Shown one piece after another: positions 1 through 16,300 of a DNA stretch of 64,000 bases. The notes beneath the pieces are model-generated. The model was not told the DNA's origin and searched no databases. It saw only the letters and a list, made by a program, of their open reading frames with translations. Every line of letters starts with the position of its first letter. The stretch's first letter is position 1. The translations under genes and the position numbers were made by a program. This DNA comes from the human T2T-CHM13v2.0 reference genome, Homo sapiens. The stretch lies in NCBI RefSeq assembly GCF_009914755.1, contig NC_060937.1; one strand, written 5' to 3'.

Positions 1-3000
1 TATCAAAGTACCCAAAGCATGTATTATATACTGTACATAAAATAAGAAAGTACATCAAATATATATTTTATTCTGTACATAAAATATCAAAGTACACCAA
101 ATATATATTCTATAGTGTACATAAAATATCAAAGTACCCAAACTATATATTATATACTGTACATAAAATATGAAATTACATCAAATATATATTATATTAG
201 GTACATTAAATATGAAAGTACATCAAATATAAATTATATACAGTACATAAAATACCAAAGTACCCCAAATATATATTATATACTGTACATGCAATATCAA
301 AGTTCACAAACTATATATCATATACTGTACATAAAATATCAAAGTACCGAAGGTATATATTCTATACTGTACAAAAAATATCAAAGTACGCAAAGCATGT
401 ATTATATACTGTACATAAAATATGAAAGTACATCAAATATATATTTTATTCTGTACATAAAATATCAAAGTACACCAAATATATATTCTATAGTGTACAT
501 AAAATATCAAAGTACCCAAACTATACATTACATACTGTACATAAAATATGAAACTACATCAAATATATATTATAATAGGTACATAAAATATGAAAGTACA
601 TCAAATATAAATTATATACTGTACATAAAATACCAAAGAACACCAAATATATATTATATACTGTACATGAAATATCAAAGTTCACAAACTATATATTATA
701 TACTGTATATAAAATATCAAAGTACCCAAGGTATATATTCTGTACTCTATAAAAAATATCAAAGTACCCAAAGCATGTATTATATACTGTTCATAAAATA
801 TGAAAGTACATCAAATATATATTTTATTCTGTACATAAAATATCAAAGTACACCAAATATATATTCTATAGTGTACATTAAATATCAAAGTACCCAAACT
901 ATACATTATATACTGTACATAAAATATGAAATTACATCAAATATATATTATATTAGGTACATAAAATATGAAAGTACATCAAATATAGATTATATACTGT
1001 ACATAAAATACCAAAGTACCCCAAATACATATTATATACTGTACATGAAATATCAAAGTTCACAAACTATATATTATATACTGTACATAAAATATCAAAG
1101 TACCAAAAGTATATATTCTATACTGTACAAAAAATATCAAAGTACCCAAAGCATGTATTATATACTGTACATAAAATATGAATGTACATCAAATATATAT
1201 TTTATTCTGTACATAAAATATCAAAGTACACCAAATATATATTCTATAGTGTACATAAAATATCAAAGTACCCAAACTATACATTATATACTGCACATAA
1301 AATATGAAATTACATCAAATATATATTATATTAGGTACATAAAATATGAAAGTACATCAAATATATATTATATACTCTACATAAAATACCAAAGTACCCC
1401 AAATACATATTATATACTGTACATGCAATATCAAAGTTCACACACTATATATTATATACTGTACATAAAATATCAAAGTACCGAAGCTATATATTCTATA
1501 CTGTACAAAAAATATCAAAGTACCCAAAGCATGTATCATATACTGTACATAAAATATGAAAGTACATCAAATATATATTTAATTCTGTACATAAAATATC
1601 AAAGTACACCAAATATATATTCTATAGTGTACATAAAATATCAAAGTACCCAAACTATACATTATATACTGTACATAAAATATGAAATTACATCAAATAT
1701 ATATTACATTAGGTACATAAAATATGAAAGTACATCAAATATAGATTATATACTGTACATAAAATACCAAAGTACCCCAAATACATATTATATACTGTAC
1801 ATGCAATATCAAAGTTCACAAACTATATATTATATACTGTACATAAAATATCAAAGTACCCAAGGTATATATTCTATACTCTACAAAAAATATCAAACTA
1901 CGCAAAGCATGTATTATATACTGTACATAAAATATGAAAGTACATCAAATATATATTTTATTCTGTACATAATATATCAAAGTACACCAAATATATATTC
2001 TATAGTGTACATAAAATATCAAAGTACCCAAACTATACATTATATCCTGTACATAAAATATGAAATTACATCAAATATATATTATAATAGGTACATAAAA
2101 TATGAAAGTACATCAAATATAAATTATATACTGTACATAAAATACCAAAGAACCCCAAATATATATTATATACTGTACATGAAATATCAAAGTTCACAAA
2201 CTATATATTATATACTGTATATAAAATATCAAAGTACCCAAGGTATATATTCTATACTGTACAAAAAATATCAAAGTACCCAAAGCATGTATTATATACT
2301 GTTCATAAAATATGAAAGTACATCAAATATATATTTTATTCTGTACATAAAATATCAAAGTACACCAAATATATATTCTATAGTGTACATTAAATATCAA
2401 AGTACCCAAACTATACATTATATACTGTACATAAAATATGAAATTACATCAAATATATATTATATTAGGTACATAAAATATGAAAGTACATCAAATATAG
2501 ATTATATACTGTACATAAAATACCAAAGTACCCCAAATACATATTATATACTGTACATGAAATATCAAAGTTCACAAACTATATATTATATATTGTACAT
2601 AAAATATCAAAGTACCAAAAGTATATATTCTATACTGTACAAAAAATATCAAAGTACCCAAAGCATGTATTATATACTGTACATAAAATATGAAAGTACA
2701 TCAAATATATATTTTATTCTGTACATAAAATATCAAAGTACACCAAATATATATTCTATAGTGTACATAAAATATCAAAGTACCCCAAATATACATTATA
2801 TACTGTACATAAAATATGATATTACATCAAATATATATTATATTAGGTACATAAAATATGAAAGTGCATCAAATATATATTATATACTCTACATAAAATA
2901 CCAAAGTACCCCAAATACATATTATATACTGTACATGCAATATCAAAGTTCACACACTATATATTATATACTGTACATAAAATATCAAAGTACCGAAGCT

Positions 3001-6000
3001 ATATATTCTATACTGTACAAAAAATATCAAAGTACCCAAAGCATGTATTATATACTGTACATAAAATATGAAAGTACATCAAATATATATTTAATTCTGT
3101 ACATAAAATATCAAAGTACACCAAATATATATTCTATAGTGTACATAAAATATCAAATTACCCAAACTATACATTATATACTGTACATAAAACATGAAAT
3201 TACATCAAATATATATTATATTAGGGACATAAAATATGAAGGTACATCAAATATAGATTATATACTGTACATAAAATACCAAAGTACCCCAAATATATAT
3301 TATATACTGTACATGAAATATCAAAGTTCACAAACTATATATTATATACTGTATATAAAATATCAAAGTACCCAAGGTATATATTCTATACTGTACAAAA
3401 AATATCAAAGTACCCAAAGCATGTATTATATACTGTTCATAAAATATGAAAGTACATCAAATATATATTTTATTCTGTACATAAAATATCAAAGTACACC
3501 AAATATATATTCTATAGTGTACATTAAATATCAAAGTACCCAAACTATACATTATATACTGTACATAAAATATGAAATTACATCAAATATATATTATATT
3601 AGGTACATAAAATATGAAAGTACATCAAATATAGATTATATACTGTACATAAAATACCAAAGTACCCCAAGTACATATTATATACTGTACATGAAATATC
3701 AAAGTTCACAAACTATATATTATATACTGTACATAAAATATCAAAGTACCCAAGGTATATATTCTATACTGTACAAAAAATATCAAAGTACCCAAAGCAA
3801 GTATTATATACTGTACATAAAATATGAAAGTACATCAAATATATATTTTATTCTGTACATAAAGTATCAAAGTACACCAAATATATATTCTATAGTGTAC
3901 ATAAAATATCAAAGTACCCAAACTATACATTATATACTGTACATAAAATATGAAATTACATCAAATATATATTATATTAGGTACTTAAAATATGAAAGTA
4001 CATCAAATATAAATTATATACTGTACATAAAATACCAAAGTACCCCAAATATATATTATATACTGTACATGCAATATCAAAGTTCACAAACTATATATTA
4101 TATACTGTACATAAAATATCAAAGTACCGAAGGTATATATTCTATACTGTACAAAAAATATCAAAGTACCCAAAGCATGTATTATATACTGTACATAAAA
4201 TATGAAAGTACATCAAATATATATTATATTAGGTACATAAAATATGAAAGTACATCAAATATAGATTATATACTGTACATAAAATACCAAAGAACCCCAA
4301 ATATATATTATATACTGTACATGAAATATCAAAGTTCACAAACTATATATTATATACTGTACATAAAATATCAAAGTACCCAAGGTATATATTCTATACT
4401 GTACAAAAAATACCAAAGTACCCAAAGCATGTATTATATACTGTTAATAAAATATGAAAGTACATCAAATATATATTTTATTCTGTACATAAAATATCAA
4501 AGTACACCAAATATATATTCTATAGTGTACATAAAATATCAAATTACCCAAACTATACATTATATACTGTGCATAAAATATGAAATTACATTAAATATAT
4601 ATTATATTAGGTGCATAAAATATGAAAGTACATCAAATATAAATTATATACTGTACATAAAATATCAAAGTACCCCAAATATATATTATATACTGTACAT
4701 GAAATATCAAAGTTCACAAACTATATATTATATACTGTACATAAAATATCAAAGTACCCAAGGTATATATTCTATACTGTACAAAAAATATCAAAGTACC
4801 CAAAGCATGTATTATATAGTGTATATAAAATATGAAAGAACATCAAATATATATTTTATTCTGTACATAAAATATCAAAGTACACCAAATATATATTCTA
4901 TAGTGTACATAAAATATCAAATTACCCAAACTATGCATTATATACTGTACATAAACTATGAAATTACATCAAATATATATTATATTAGGTACATAAAATA
5001 TGAAAGTACATCAAATATAGATTGTATACTGTGCATAGAATACCAAAGTACCCCAAATACATATTGTATACTGTACATGAAATATCAAAGTTCACAAACT
5101 ATATTTTATATACTGTACATAAAATTTCAAAGTACCCAAGGTATATATTCTATACTGTACAAAAAATATCAAAGTACCCAAAGCAAGTATTATATACTGT
5201 ACATAAAATATGAAAGTACATCAAATGTGTATTTTATTCTGTACATATATCAAAGTACACCAAATATATATTCTATAGTGTACATAAAATATCAAAGTAC
5301 CCAAACTATACATTATATACTGTACATAAAATATGAAATTACATCAAATATATACTATATTATGTACAAAAAATATGAAAGTACATCAAATATAGATTAT
5401 ATAGTGTACATAAAATACCAAAGTACCCCAAATATATATTATATACTGTACATGAAATATCAAAGTTCACAAACTATATATTATATACTGTACATAAAAT
5501 ATCAAGGTACCCAAGGTATATATTCTATACTCTACAAAAAATATCAAAGTACCCAAAGCATGTATTATATACTGTACATAAAATAAGAAAGTACATCAAA
5601 TATATATTTAATTCTGTACATAAAATATCAAAGTACACCAAATATATATTCTATAGTGTACATAAAATATCAAAGTACCCAAACTATACATTATATACTG
5701 TACATAAAATATGAAATTACGTCAAATATATATTATATTATGTACATAAAATATGAAAGTACATCAAATATAGATTATATACTGTACATAAAATACCAAA
5801 GAACCGCAAATATATATTATATACTGTACATGAAATATGAAAGTTCACAAACTATATATTATATACTGTACATAAAATATCAATGTACCCAAGGTATATA
5901 TTCTATACTCTACAAAAAATATCAAAGTACCCAAAGCATGTATTATACACTGTACATAAAATATGAACGTACATCAAATATATATTTTATTCTGTACATA

Positions 6001-9000
6001 AAATATCAAAGTACACTAAATATATATTCTATAGTGTACATAAAATATCAAAGTACCCAAACTATACATTATATACTGTACATAAAATATGAAATTACAT
6101 CAAATATATATTATATTAGGTACATAAAATATGAAAGTACATCAAATATAAATTATATACTGTACATAAAATACCAAAGTACCCCAAATATATATTATAT
6201 ACTGTACATGCAATATCAAAGTTCACAAACTATATATCATATACTGTACATAAAATATCAAAGTACCGAAGGTACATATTCTATACTGTACAAAAAATAT
6301 CAAAGTACCCAAAGCATGTATTATATACTGTACATAAAATATGAAAGTACATCAAATATATATTTTATTCTGTACATTAAATATCAAAGTACACCAAATA
6401 TATATTCTATAGTGTACATAAAATATCAAAGTACCCAAACGATACATTATATACTGTACATAAAATATGAAATTACATCAATTATATATTATATTAGGTA
6501 CATAAAATATGAAAGTACATCAAATATAGATTGTATACTGTGCATAAAATACCAAAGTACCCCAAATACATATTATATACTGTACATGAAATATGAAAGT
6601 TCACAAACTATATATTATATACTGTACATAAAATATCAAAGTACCCAAGGTATATATTCTATACTGTACAAAAAATATCAAAGTACCCAAAGCAAGTATT
6701 ATATACTGTACATAAAATATGAAAGTACATCAAATATGTATTTTATTCTGTACATATAATATCAAAGTACACCAAATATATATTCTATAGTGTACATAAA
6801 ATATCAAAGTACCCAAACTATACATTAGAAACTGTACATAAAATATGAAATTACATCAAATATATACTATATTATGTACATAAAATATGAAAGTACATCA
6901 AATATAGATTATATACTGTATGTAAAACACCAAAGTACCCCAAATATATATTTTATACTGTACATGAAATATCAAAGTTCACAAACTATATATTATATAC
7001 TGTACATAAAATACCAAAGTACCAAAGGTATATATTCTATACTGTACAAAAAATATCAAAGTACCCAAAGCATGTATTATATACTGTACATAAAATATGA
7101 AAGTACATCAAATATATATTTTATTCTGTACATAAAATATCAAAGTACACCAAATATATATTCTATAGTGTACATTAAATATTAAAGTACCCAAGCTATA
7201 CATTATATAATGTACATAAAATATGAAATTACATCAAATATATATTATATTAGGTACATAAAATATGAAAGTACATCAAATATACATTATATACTGTACA
7301 TAAAATACCAAAGTACCCCAATTTCATATTATATACTGTACATGAAATATGAAAGTTCACAAACTATATATTATATACTGTACATAAAATATCAAAGTAC
7401 CCAAGGTATATATTCTATACTGTACAAAAAATATCAAAGTACCCAAAGCATGTATTATATACTGTACATAAAATATGAAAGTACATCAAATATATATTTT
7501 ATTCTGTACATAAAATATCAAAGTACACCAAATATATATTCTATACTGTACATAAAATATCAAAGTACCCAAACTATACATTATATTCTGTACATAAAAT
7601 ATGAAATTACATCAAATATATACTATATTAGGTACATAAAATATGGAAGTACATCAAATATAGATTATATACTGTACATAAAATACCAAAGTACTGCAAA
7701 TATATATTATATACTGTACATGAAATATCAAAGTTCACAAACTATGTATTATATACTGTACATAAAATATCAAAGTACCCAAGGTATATATTCTATACTC
7801 TACAAAAAATATCAAAGTACCCAAAGCATGTATTATATACGGTACATAAAATATGAATGTACATCAAATATATATTTAATTCTGTACATAAAATATCAAA
7901 GTACACCAAATATATATTCTATAGTGTACATAAAATATCAAAGTACCCAAAGTATACATTATATACTGTACATAAAATATGAAATTACATCAAATATATA
8001 TTATATTACGTACATAAAATATGAAAGTACATCAAATATAGATTATATACGGTACATAAAATACCAAAGTACACCAAATATATATTTTATACTGTACATG
8101 CAATATCAAAGTTCACAAACTATATATTATATACTGTACATAAAATATCAAAGTACCGAAGCTATATATTCTATACTGTACAAAAAATATCAAAGTACCC
8201 AAAGCATGTATTATATACTGTACATAAAATATGAAAGTACATCAAATATATATTTTATTCTGTACATAAAATATAAAAGTACACTAAATATATATTCTAT
8301 AGTGTACATAAAATATCAAAGTACCCAAACTATACATTATATACTGTACATAAAATATGAAATTACATCAAATATATATTATATTAGGTACATAAAATAT
8401 GAAAGTACATCAAATATAGATTATATACTGTACATAAAATACCAAAGTACCCCAAATACATATTATATACTGTACATTAAATATCAAAGTTCTCAAACTA
8501 TATATTATATACTGTACATAAAATATCAAAGTACCCAAGGTATATATTCTATACTGTACAAAAAATATCAAAGTACCCAAAGCAAGTATTATATACTGTA
8601 CATAAAATATGAAAGTACATCAAATATATATTTTATTCTGTACATAAAATATCAAAGTACACCAAATATATATTCTATACTGTACATAAAATATCAAAGT
8701 ACCCAAACTATACATTATATACTGTACATAAAATATGAAATTACATCAAATATATATTATATTAGGTACATAAAATATGAAAGTACATCAAATATAAATT
8801 ATATACTGTACATAAAATACCAAAGTACCCCAAATATATATTATATACTGTACATGCAATATCAAAGTTCACAAACTATATATCATATACTGTACATAAA
8901 ATATCAAAGTACCGAAGGTATATATTCTATACTGTACAAAAAATATCAAAGTACCCAAAGCATGTATTATATACTGTACTTAAAATATGAAATTACATCA

Positions 9001-12000
9001 AATATATATTTTATTCTGTACATAAAATATCAAAGTACACCAAATATATATTCTATACTGTACATAAAATATCAAAGTACCCAAACTATACATTATATTC
9101 TGTACATAAAATATGAAATTACATCAAATATATATTATATTAGGTACATAAAATATGAAAGTACATCAAATATAAATTATATACTGTACATAAAATACCA
9201 AAATACCCCAAATATATATTATATACTGTACATGAAATATCAAAGTTCACAAACTATATATTATATACTGTACATAAAATATCAATGTGCCCAAGGTATA
9301 TATTCTATACTGTACAAAAAATATCAAAGTACCCAAAGCATGTATTATATACTGTACATAAAATATGAAAGTACATCAAATATATATTTTATTGTGTACA
9401 TAAAATATCAAAGTACACCAAATATATATTCTGTAGTGTACATAAAATATCAAAGTACCCAAACGATACATTATATACTGTACATAAAATATGAAATTAC
9501 ATCAATTATATATTATATTAGGTACATAAAATATGAAAGTACATCAAATATAGATTGTATACTGTGCATAAAATACCAAAGTACCCCAAATACATATTAT
9601 ATACTGTACATGAAATATCAAAGTTCACAAACTATATATTATATACTGTACATAAAATATCAAAGTACCCAAGGTATATATTCTATACTGTACAAAAAAT
9701 ATCAACGTACCCAAAGCATGTATTATATACTGTACATAAAATATGAAAGTACATCAAATAAATATTTTATTCTGTACATAAAATATCAAAGTACACCAAA
9801 TATATATTCTATAGTGTACATAAAATATCAAAGTACCCAAACTATACATTATAAACTGTACATAAAATATGAAATTACATCAAATATATACTATATTATG
9901 TACATAAAATATGAAAGTACATCAAATATAGATTATATACTGTACATGAAATACCAAAGTACCCCAAATAAATATTTTATACTGTACATGCAATATCAAA
10001 GTTCACAAACTATATATTATATACTGTACATAAAATATCAAAGTACCCAAGGTATATATTCTATACTGTACAAAAAATATCAAAGTACCCAAAGCATGTA
10101 TTATATACTGTACATAAAATAAGAAAGTACATCAAATATATATTTTATTTTGTACATAAAATATCAAAGTACACCAAATATATATTCTATAGTGTACATA
10201 AAATATCAAAGTACCCAAACTATACATTATATACTGTACATAAAATATGAAATTACATCAACTATATATTATATTAGGTACATAAAATATGAAAGTACAT
10301 CAAATATAAATTATATACAGTACATAAAATACCAAAGTACCCCAAATATATATTATATACTGTACATGCAATATCAAAGTTCACAAACTATATACCATAT
10401 ACTGTACATAAAATATCAAAGTACCAAAGGTATATATTCTATACTGTACAAAAAATATCAAAGTACGCAAAGCATGTATTATATACTGTACATAAAATAT
10501 GAAAGTACATCAAATATATATTTTATTCTGTACATAAAATATCAAAGTACACCAAATATATATTCTATAGTGTACATAAAATATCAAAGTACCCAAACTA
10601 TACATTATATACTGTACATAAAATATGAAACTACATCAAATATATATTATAATAGGTACATAAAATATGAAAGTACATCAAATATAAATTATATACTGTA
10701 CATAAAATACCAAAGAACCCCAAATATATATTATATACTGTACATGAAATATCAAAGTTCACAAACTATATATTATATACTGTATATAAAATATCAAAGT
10801 ACCCAAGGTATATATTCTATACTGTACAAAAAATATCAAAGTACCCAAAGCATGTATTATATACTGTTCATAAAATATGAAAATACATCAAATATATATT
10901 TTATTCTGTACATAAAATATCAAAGTACACCAAATATATATTCTATAGTGTACATTAAATATCAAAGTACCCAAACTATACATTATATACTGTACATAAA
11001 ATATGAAATTACATCAAATATATATTATATTAGGTACATAAAATATGAAAGTACATCAAATATAGATTATATACTGTACATAAAATACCAAAGTACCCCA
11101 AATACATATTATATACTGTACAAGAAATATCAAAGTTCACAAACTATATATTATATACTGTACATAAAATATCAAAGTACCAAGAGTATATATTCTATAC
11201 TGTACAAAAAATATCAAAGTACCCAAAGCATGTATTATATACTGTACATAAAATATGAAAGTACATCAAATATATATTTTATTCTGTACATAAAATATCA
11301 AAGTACACCAAATATATATTCTATAGTGTACATAAAATATCAAAGTACCCAAACTATACATTATATACTGTACATAAAATATGAAATTACATCAAATATA
11401 TATTATATTAGGTACTTAAAATATGAAAGTACATCAAATATATATTATATACTCTACATAAAATACCAAAGTACCCCAAATACATATTATATACTGTACA
11501 TGCAATATCAAAGTTCACACACTATATATTATATACTGTACATAAAATATCAAAGTACCGAAGCTATATATTCTATACTGTACAAAAAATATCAAAGTAC
11601 CCAAAGCATGTATTATATACTGTACATAAAATATGAAAGTACATCAAATATATATTTAATTCTGTACATAAAATATCAAAGTACACCAAATATATATTCT
11701 ATAGTGTACATAAAATATCAAAGTACCCAAACTATACATTATATCCTGTACATAAAATATGAAATTACATCAAATATATATTATATTAGGTACATAAAAT
11801 ATGAAAGTACATCAAATATAAATTTTATACTGTACGTAAAATACCAAAGAACCCCAAATATATATTATATACTGTACATGAAATATCAAAGTTCACAAAC
11901 TATATATTATATACTGTATATAAAATATCAAAGTACCCAAGGTATATATTCTATACTGTACAAAAAATATCAAAGTACCCAAAACATGTATTATATACTG

Positions 12001-12219
12001 TTCATAAAATATGAAAGTACATCAAATATATATTTTATTCTGTACATAAAATATCAAAGTACACCAAATATATATTCTATAGTGTACATAAAATATCAAA
12101 GTACCCAAACTATACATAATAATCTGTACATAAAACATGAAATTACATCAAATATATACTATATTATGTACATAAAATATGAAAGTACGTCAAATATAGA
12201 TTATGTACTGTACATAAAA
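1..12219 (+). repeat. Domain 1: canonical 378-bp 9-mer higher-order repeat (about 32 units)
   Basis: Nine distinguishable monomer classes recur every 378 bp (126 aa in the 115..5586 frame). Diagnostics are AAAGCATGTATT (G), TCTATAGTGTAC (I) and TATTCTATACTGTACAAAAAA (F). A 378-bp 9-mer is the established HSat1A organisation. Confidence 0.93.
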
Positions 12220-13644
12220 TATAAATTACCCAAATATATATTATATACTGTACATGAAATATCAAAGTTCACAAACTATATATTATATACTGTACATAAA
12301 ATATCAAAGTAACCAAACTATACATTATATACTGTACATAAAATATGAAATTACATCAAATATATATTATATTAGGTACATAAAATATGAAAGTACATCA
12401 AATATAGATTTTATACTGTACATAAAATATCAAAGTACCCAAATATATATCATATACTGTACATGAAATATCAAAGTTCACAAACTATATATTATATACT
12501 GTACATAAAATATCAAAGTACACAAATTATACATTTTATACTGTACATATAATATGAAATTACATCAAATATATATTATTTTATGTATGTAAAATATGAA
12601 AGTACATCAAATATAGATTATATACTGTACATAAAATACCAAAAAGTACCCCAAATATATATTTTATACTGTACATGAAATATCAAAGTTCTCAAACTAT
12701 ATTTTATATACTGCACATAAAATATCAAAATAATCAAGGTATATATTCCATACTGTACAAAAAATATCAAAGTACCCAAAGCCTATATTATATGCTGTAC
12801 ATAAAATATGAAAGTACATCAAATATATATTTTATTCTGTACATAAAATATCAAAGTACACCAAATATATATTCTATACTGTACATAAAATATCAAGGTA
12901 CCCAAACTATACATTATATACTGTACATAAAATATGAAATTACATCAAATATATATTATATTAGGTACATAAAATATGAAAGTACATCAAATATAGATTA
13001 TATACTGTACATAAAATATCAAAGTACGCAAATATATATCATATACTGTACATGTAATATCAAGGTACCCAAACTATACATGATATACTGTACATAAAAT
13101 ATGAAATTACAACAAATATATATTATATTAGGTATGTAAAATATGAAACTACATCAAATATAGATTATATACTGTACATAAAATACCAAAGTACCCCAAA
13201 TATATATTTTATACTGTACATGAAATATCAAAGTTCTCAAACTATATATTATATACTGCACATAAAATATCAAAGTACCCAAGGTATATATTCCATACTG
13301 TACAAAAAATATCAAAGTACCCAAAGCATATTATATATGCTGTACATAAAATATGAAAGTACATCAAATATATATTTTATTCTGTACATAAAATATCAAA
13401 GTACACCAAATATATATTCTATACTGTACATAAAATATCATGGTACCCAAACAATACATTATATACTGTACATAACATATGAAATTACATCAAATATATA
13501 TTATATTAGGTACATAAAATATGAAAGTACATCAAATATAGATTATATACTGTACATAAAATATCAAAGTACCCAAATATATATCATATACTGTACATGA
13601 AATATCAAAGTTCACAAACTATATATTATATACTGTACATAAAA
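12220..13644 (+). repeat. Domain 2: short island of 14-mer-type sequence embedded between 9-mer blocks
   Basis: Carries 14-mer diagnostics: the 41-bp D monomer (CCCAAATATATATCATATACTG at about 12428, 13017, 13562), GTTCTCAAAC, CTGCACATA, TATTCCATAC, ATATGCTGTAC and CAAGGTACCC. Confidence 0.85.
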
Positions 13645-16300
13645 TATCAAAGTACCGAAAGCATGTGTTATATTCTGTACATAAAATATGAAAGTACATC
13701 AAATATATATTTTATTCTGTATAAAAAATATCAAAGTACACCAAGTATATATTCTATAGTGTACATAAAATATCAAAGTACCCAAACTATACATTATATA
13801 CTATACATAAAATTTGAAATTACATCAAATATATATTATATTAGGCACATAAAATATGAAAGTACATCAAATATAGATTATATACTGTACATAAAATACC
13901 AAAGTACCCCAAATATATATTTTACACTGTACATGAAATATCAAAGTTCACAAACTATATATTATATACTGTACATAAAATATCAAAGTACCCAATGTAT
14001 ATATTCTATACTGTACAAAATATATCAAAGTACCAAAAGCATGTATTATATACGGTACTTAAAATATGAAAGAACATCAAATATATATTTTATTCTGTAC
14101 ATAAAATATCAAAGTACACCAAATATATATTCCATACTGTACATAAAAAATCAAAGTACCCAAACTATACATTATATACTGTACATAAAAGATGATATTA
14201 CATCAAAAAAATATTATATTAGGTACATAAAATATGAAAGTACATCAAATATAGATTATATACTGTACATAAAATATCAAAGTACCCCAAATATATATTT
14301 TATACAGTACATGAAATATCAAAGTTCACAAACTATATATTATATACTGTACATAAAATATCAAAGTACCCAATGTATATATTCTATACTGTAAAAAATA
14401 TAACAAAGTACCCAAAGCATGTATTATATACTATACATAAAATATGAAAGTACATGAAATATATATTTCATTCTGTACATAAAATATTAAAGTACACCAA
14501 ATATATATTCTATACTGTACATAAAATATCAAAGTACACAAACTATACATTATATACTGTACATAAAAGATGAAATTACATCAAAAATATATTATATTAG
14601 GTACATAAAATATGAAAGTACATCAAATATAGATTATATACCTTACATAAAATATAAAAGTACCCCAAATATATATTATATACTGTACATGAATTATCAA
14701 AGTTCACAAACTATATATTATATACTCTACATAAAATATCAAAGTACCCAAGGTATATATTCTATACTGTACAAAAAATATCAAAGTACCCAAATCATGT
14801 ATTATATACTGTACATAAAATATGAAACTACATCAAATATATATTTTATTCTGTACATAAAATATCAAAGTACACCAAATATATATTCTATAGTGTACAT
14901 AAAATATCAAAGTACCCAAACTATACATTATATACTGTACATAAAATATGAAATTACATCAAAAATATATTATATTAGGTGAGTAAAATATGAAATTACA
15001 TCAAATATAGATTATATACTGTACATAAAATATCAAAGTACCCCAAATATATATTATATACTGTACATGAAATATCAAAGTTCACGAACTATATATTATA
15101 TACTGTACATAAAATATCAAAGTACCCAAGGTATATATTCTATACTGTACAAAAAATATCAAAGTACACAAAGCATGTATTATATACTGTACATAAAATA
15201 TGAAAGTACATGAAATATATATTTTAATCTGTACTTAAAATATCAAAGTACACCAAATATATATTCCATACTGTACATAAAAATTCAAAGTACCCAAACT
15301 ATACATTATATACTGTACATAAAAGATGAAATTACATCAAAAATATATTATATTAGGTACATAAAATATGAAAGTACATCAAATATAGATTATATACTGT
15401 ACATAAAATATCAAAGTACCCCAAATATATATTTTATACAGTACATGAAATATCAAAGTTCACAAACTATATATTATATTCTGTACATAAAATATCAAAG
15501 TACCCAATGTATATATTCTATACTGTACAAAAATATCAAAGTACCCAATGCATGTATTATATACTGTACATAAAATATGAAAGTACACCAAATATATATT
15601 TTATTCTGTACATAAAATATCAAAGTGCACCAAATATATATTCTATACTGTACATAAAATATCAAAGTACCCAAACTATACATTATATACTGTACATAAA
15701 ATATGAAATTATATCAAATATATATTATATTAGGTACATAAAATATGAAAGTACATCAAATATAGATTATATACTGTACATAAAATATCAAAGTAGCCCA
15801 AATATATATTAAATACTGTACATGAAATATCAAAGTTGACAAACTATATATTATATACAGTACATAAAATATCAATGTACCCAAGGTATATATTCTATAC
15901 TGTACAAAAAATATCAAAGTACCCAAAGCATGTATTATATACTGTACATAAAATATGAAAGTACATCAAATATATATTTTATTCGGTACATAAAATATCA
16001 AAGTACACCAAATGTATATTCTATACTGTACATAAAATATCAAAGTACCGAAACTATACATTATATACTGTACATAAAAGATGAAATTACATCAAAAATA
16101 TATTATATTAGGTACATAAAACATGAAAGTACATCAAATATAGATTATATACTGTACATAAAATATCAAAGTAAACAAATATATATTATATACTGTACAT
16201 GAAATATCAAAGTTCACAAACTATATATTATATACTGTACATAATATATTAATGTACCCAAGGTATATATTCTATACTGTACAAAAAACATCAAAGTACC
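13645..16300 (+). repeat. Domain 3: diverged 378-bp 9-mer layer (about 7 units)
   Basis: Monomer order returns to A-I with 378-bp spacing. It has more private substitutions and short ORFs, and its own variants CCAATGTATAT (about 13992, 14370, 15504) and CATCAAAAATAT. Confidence 0.82.

Noticed and set aside
115-5586. 1,823-aa ORF (and the 970-, 720- and 367-aa ORFs) as repeat-protein genes
   Set aside because: They are pure translations of the 42-bp (14-codon) satellite monomer, with no unique termini or domains. Starts and ends are set by sporadic substitutions, and identical sequence continues on both sides.
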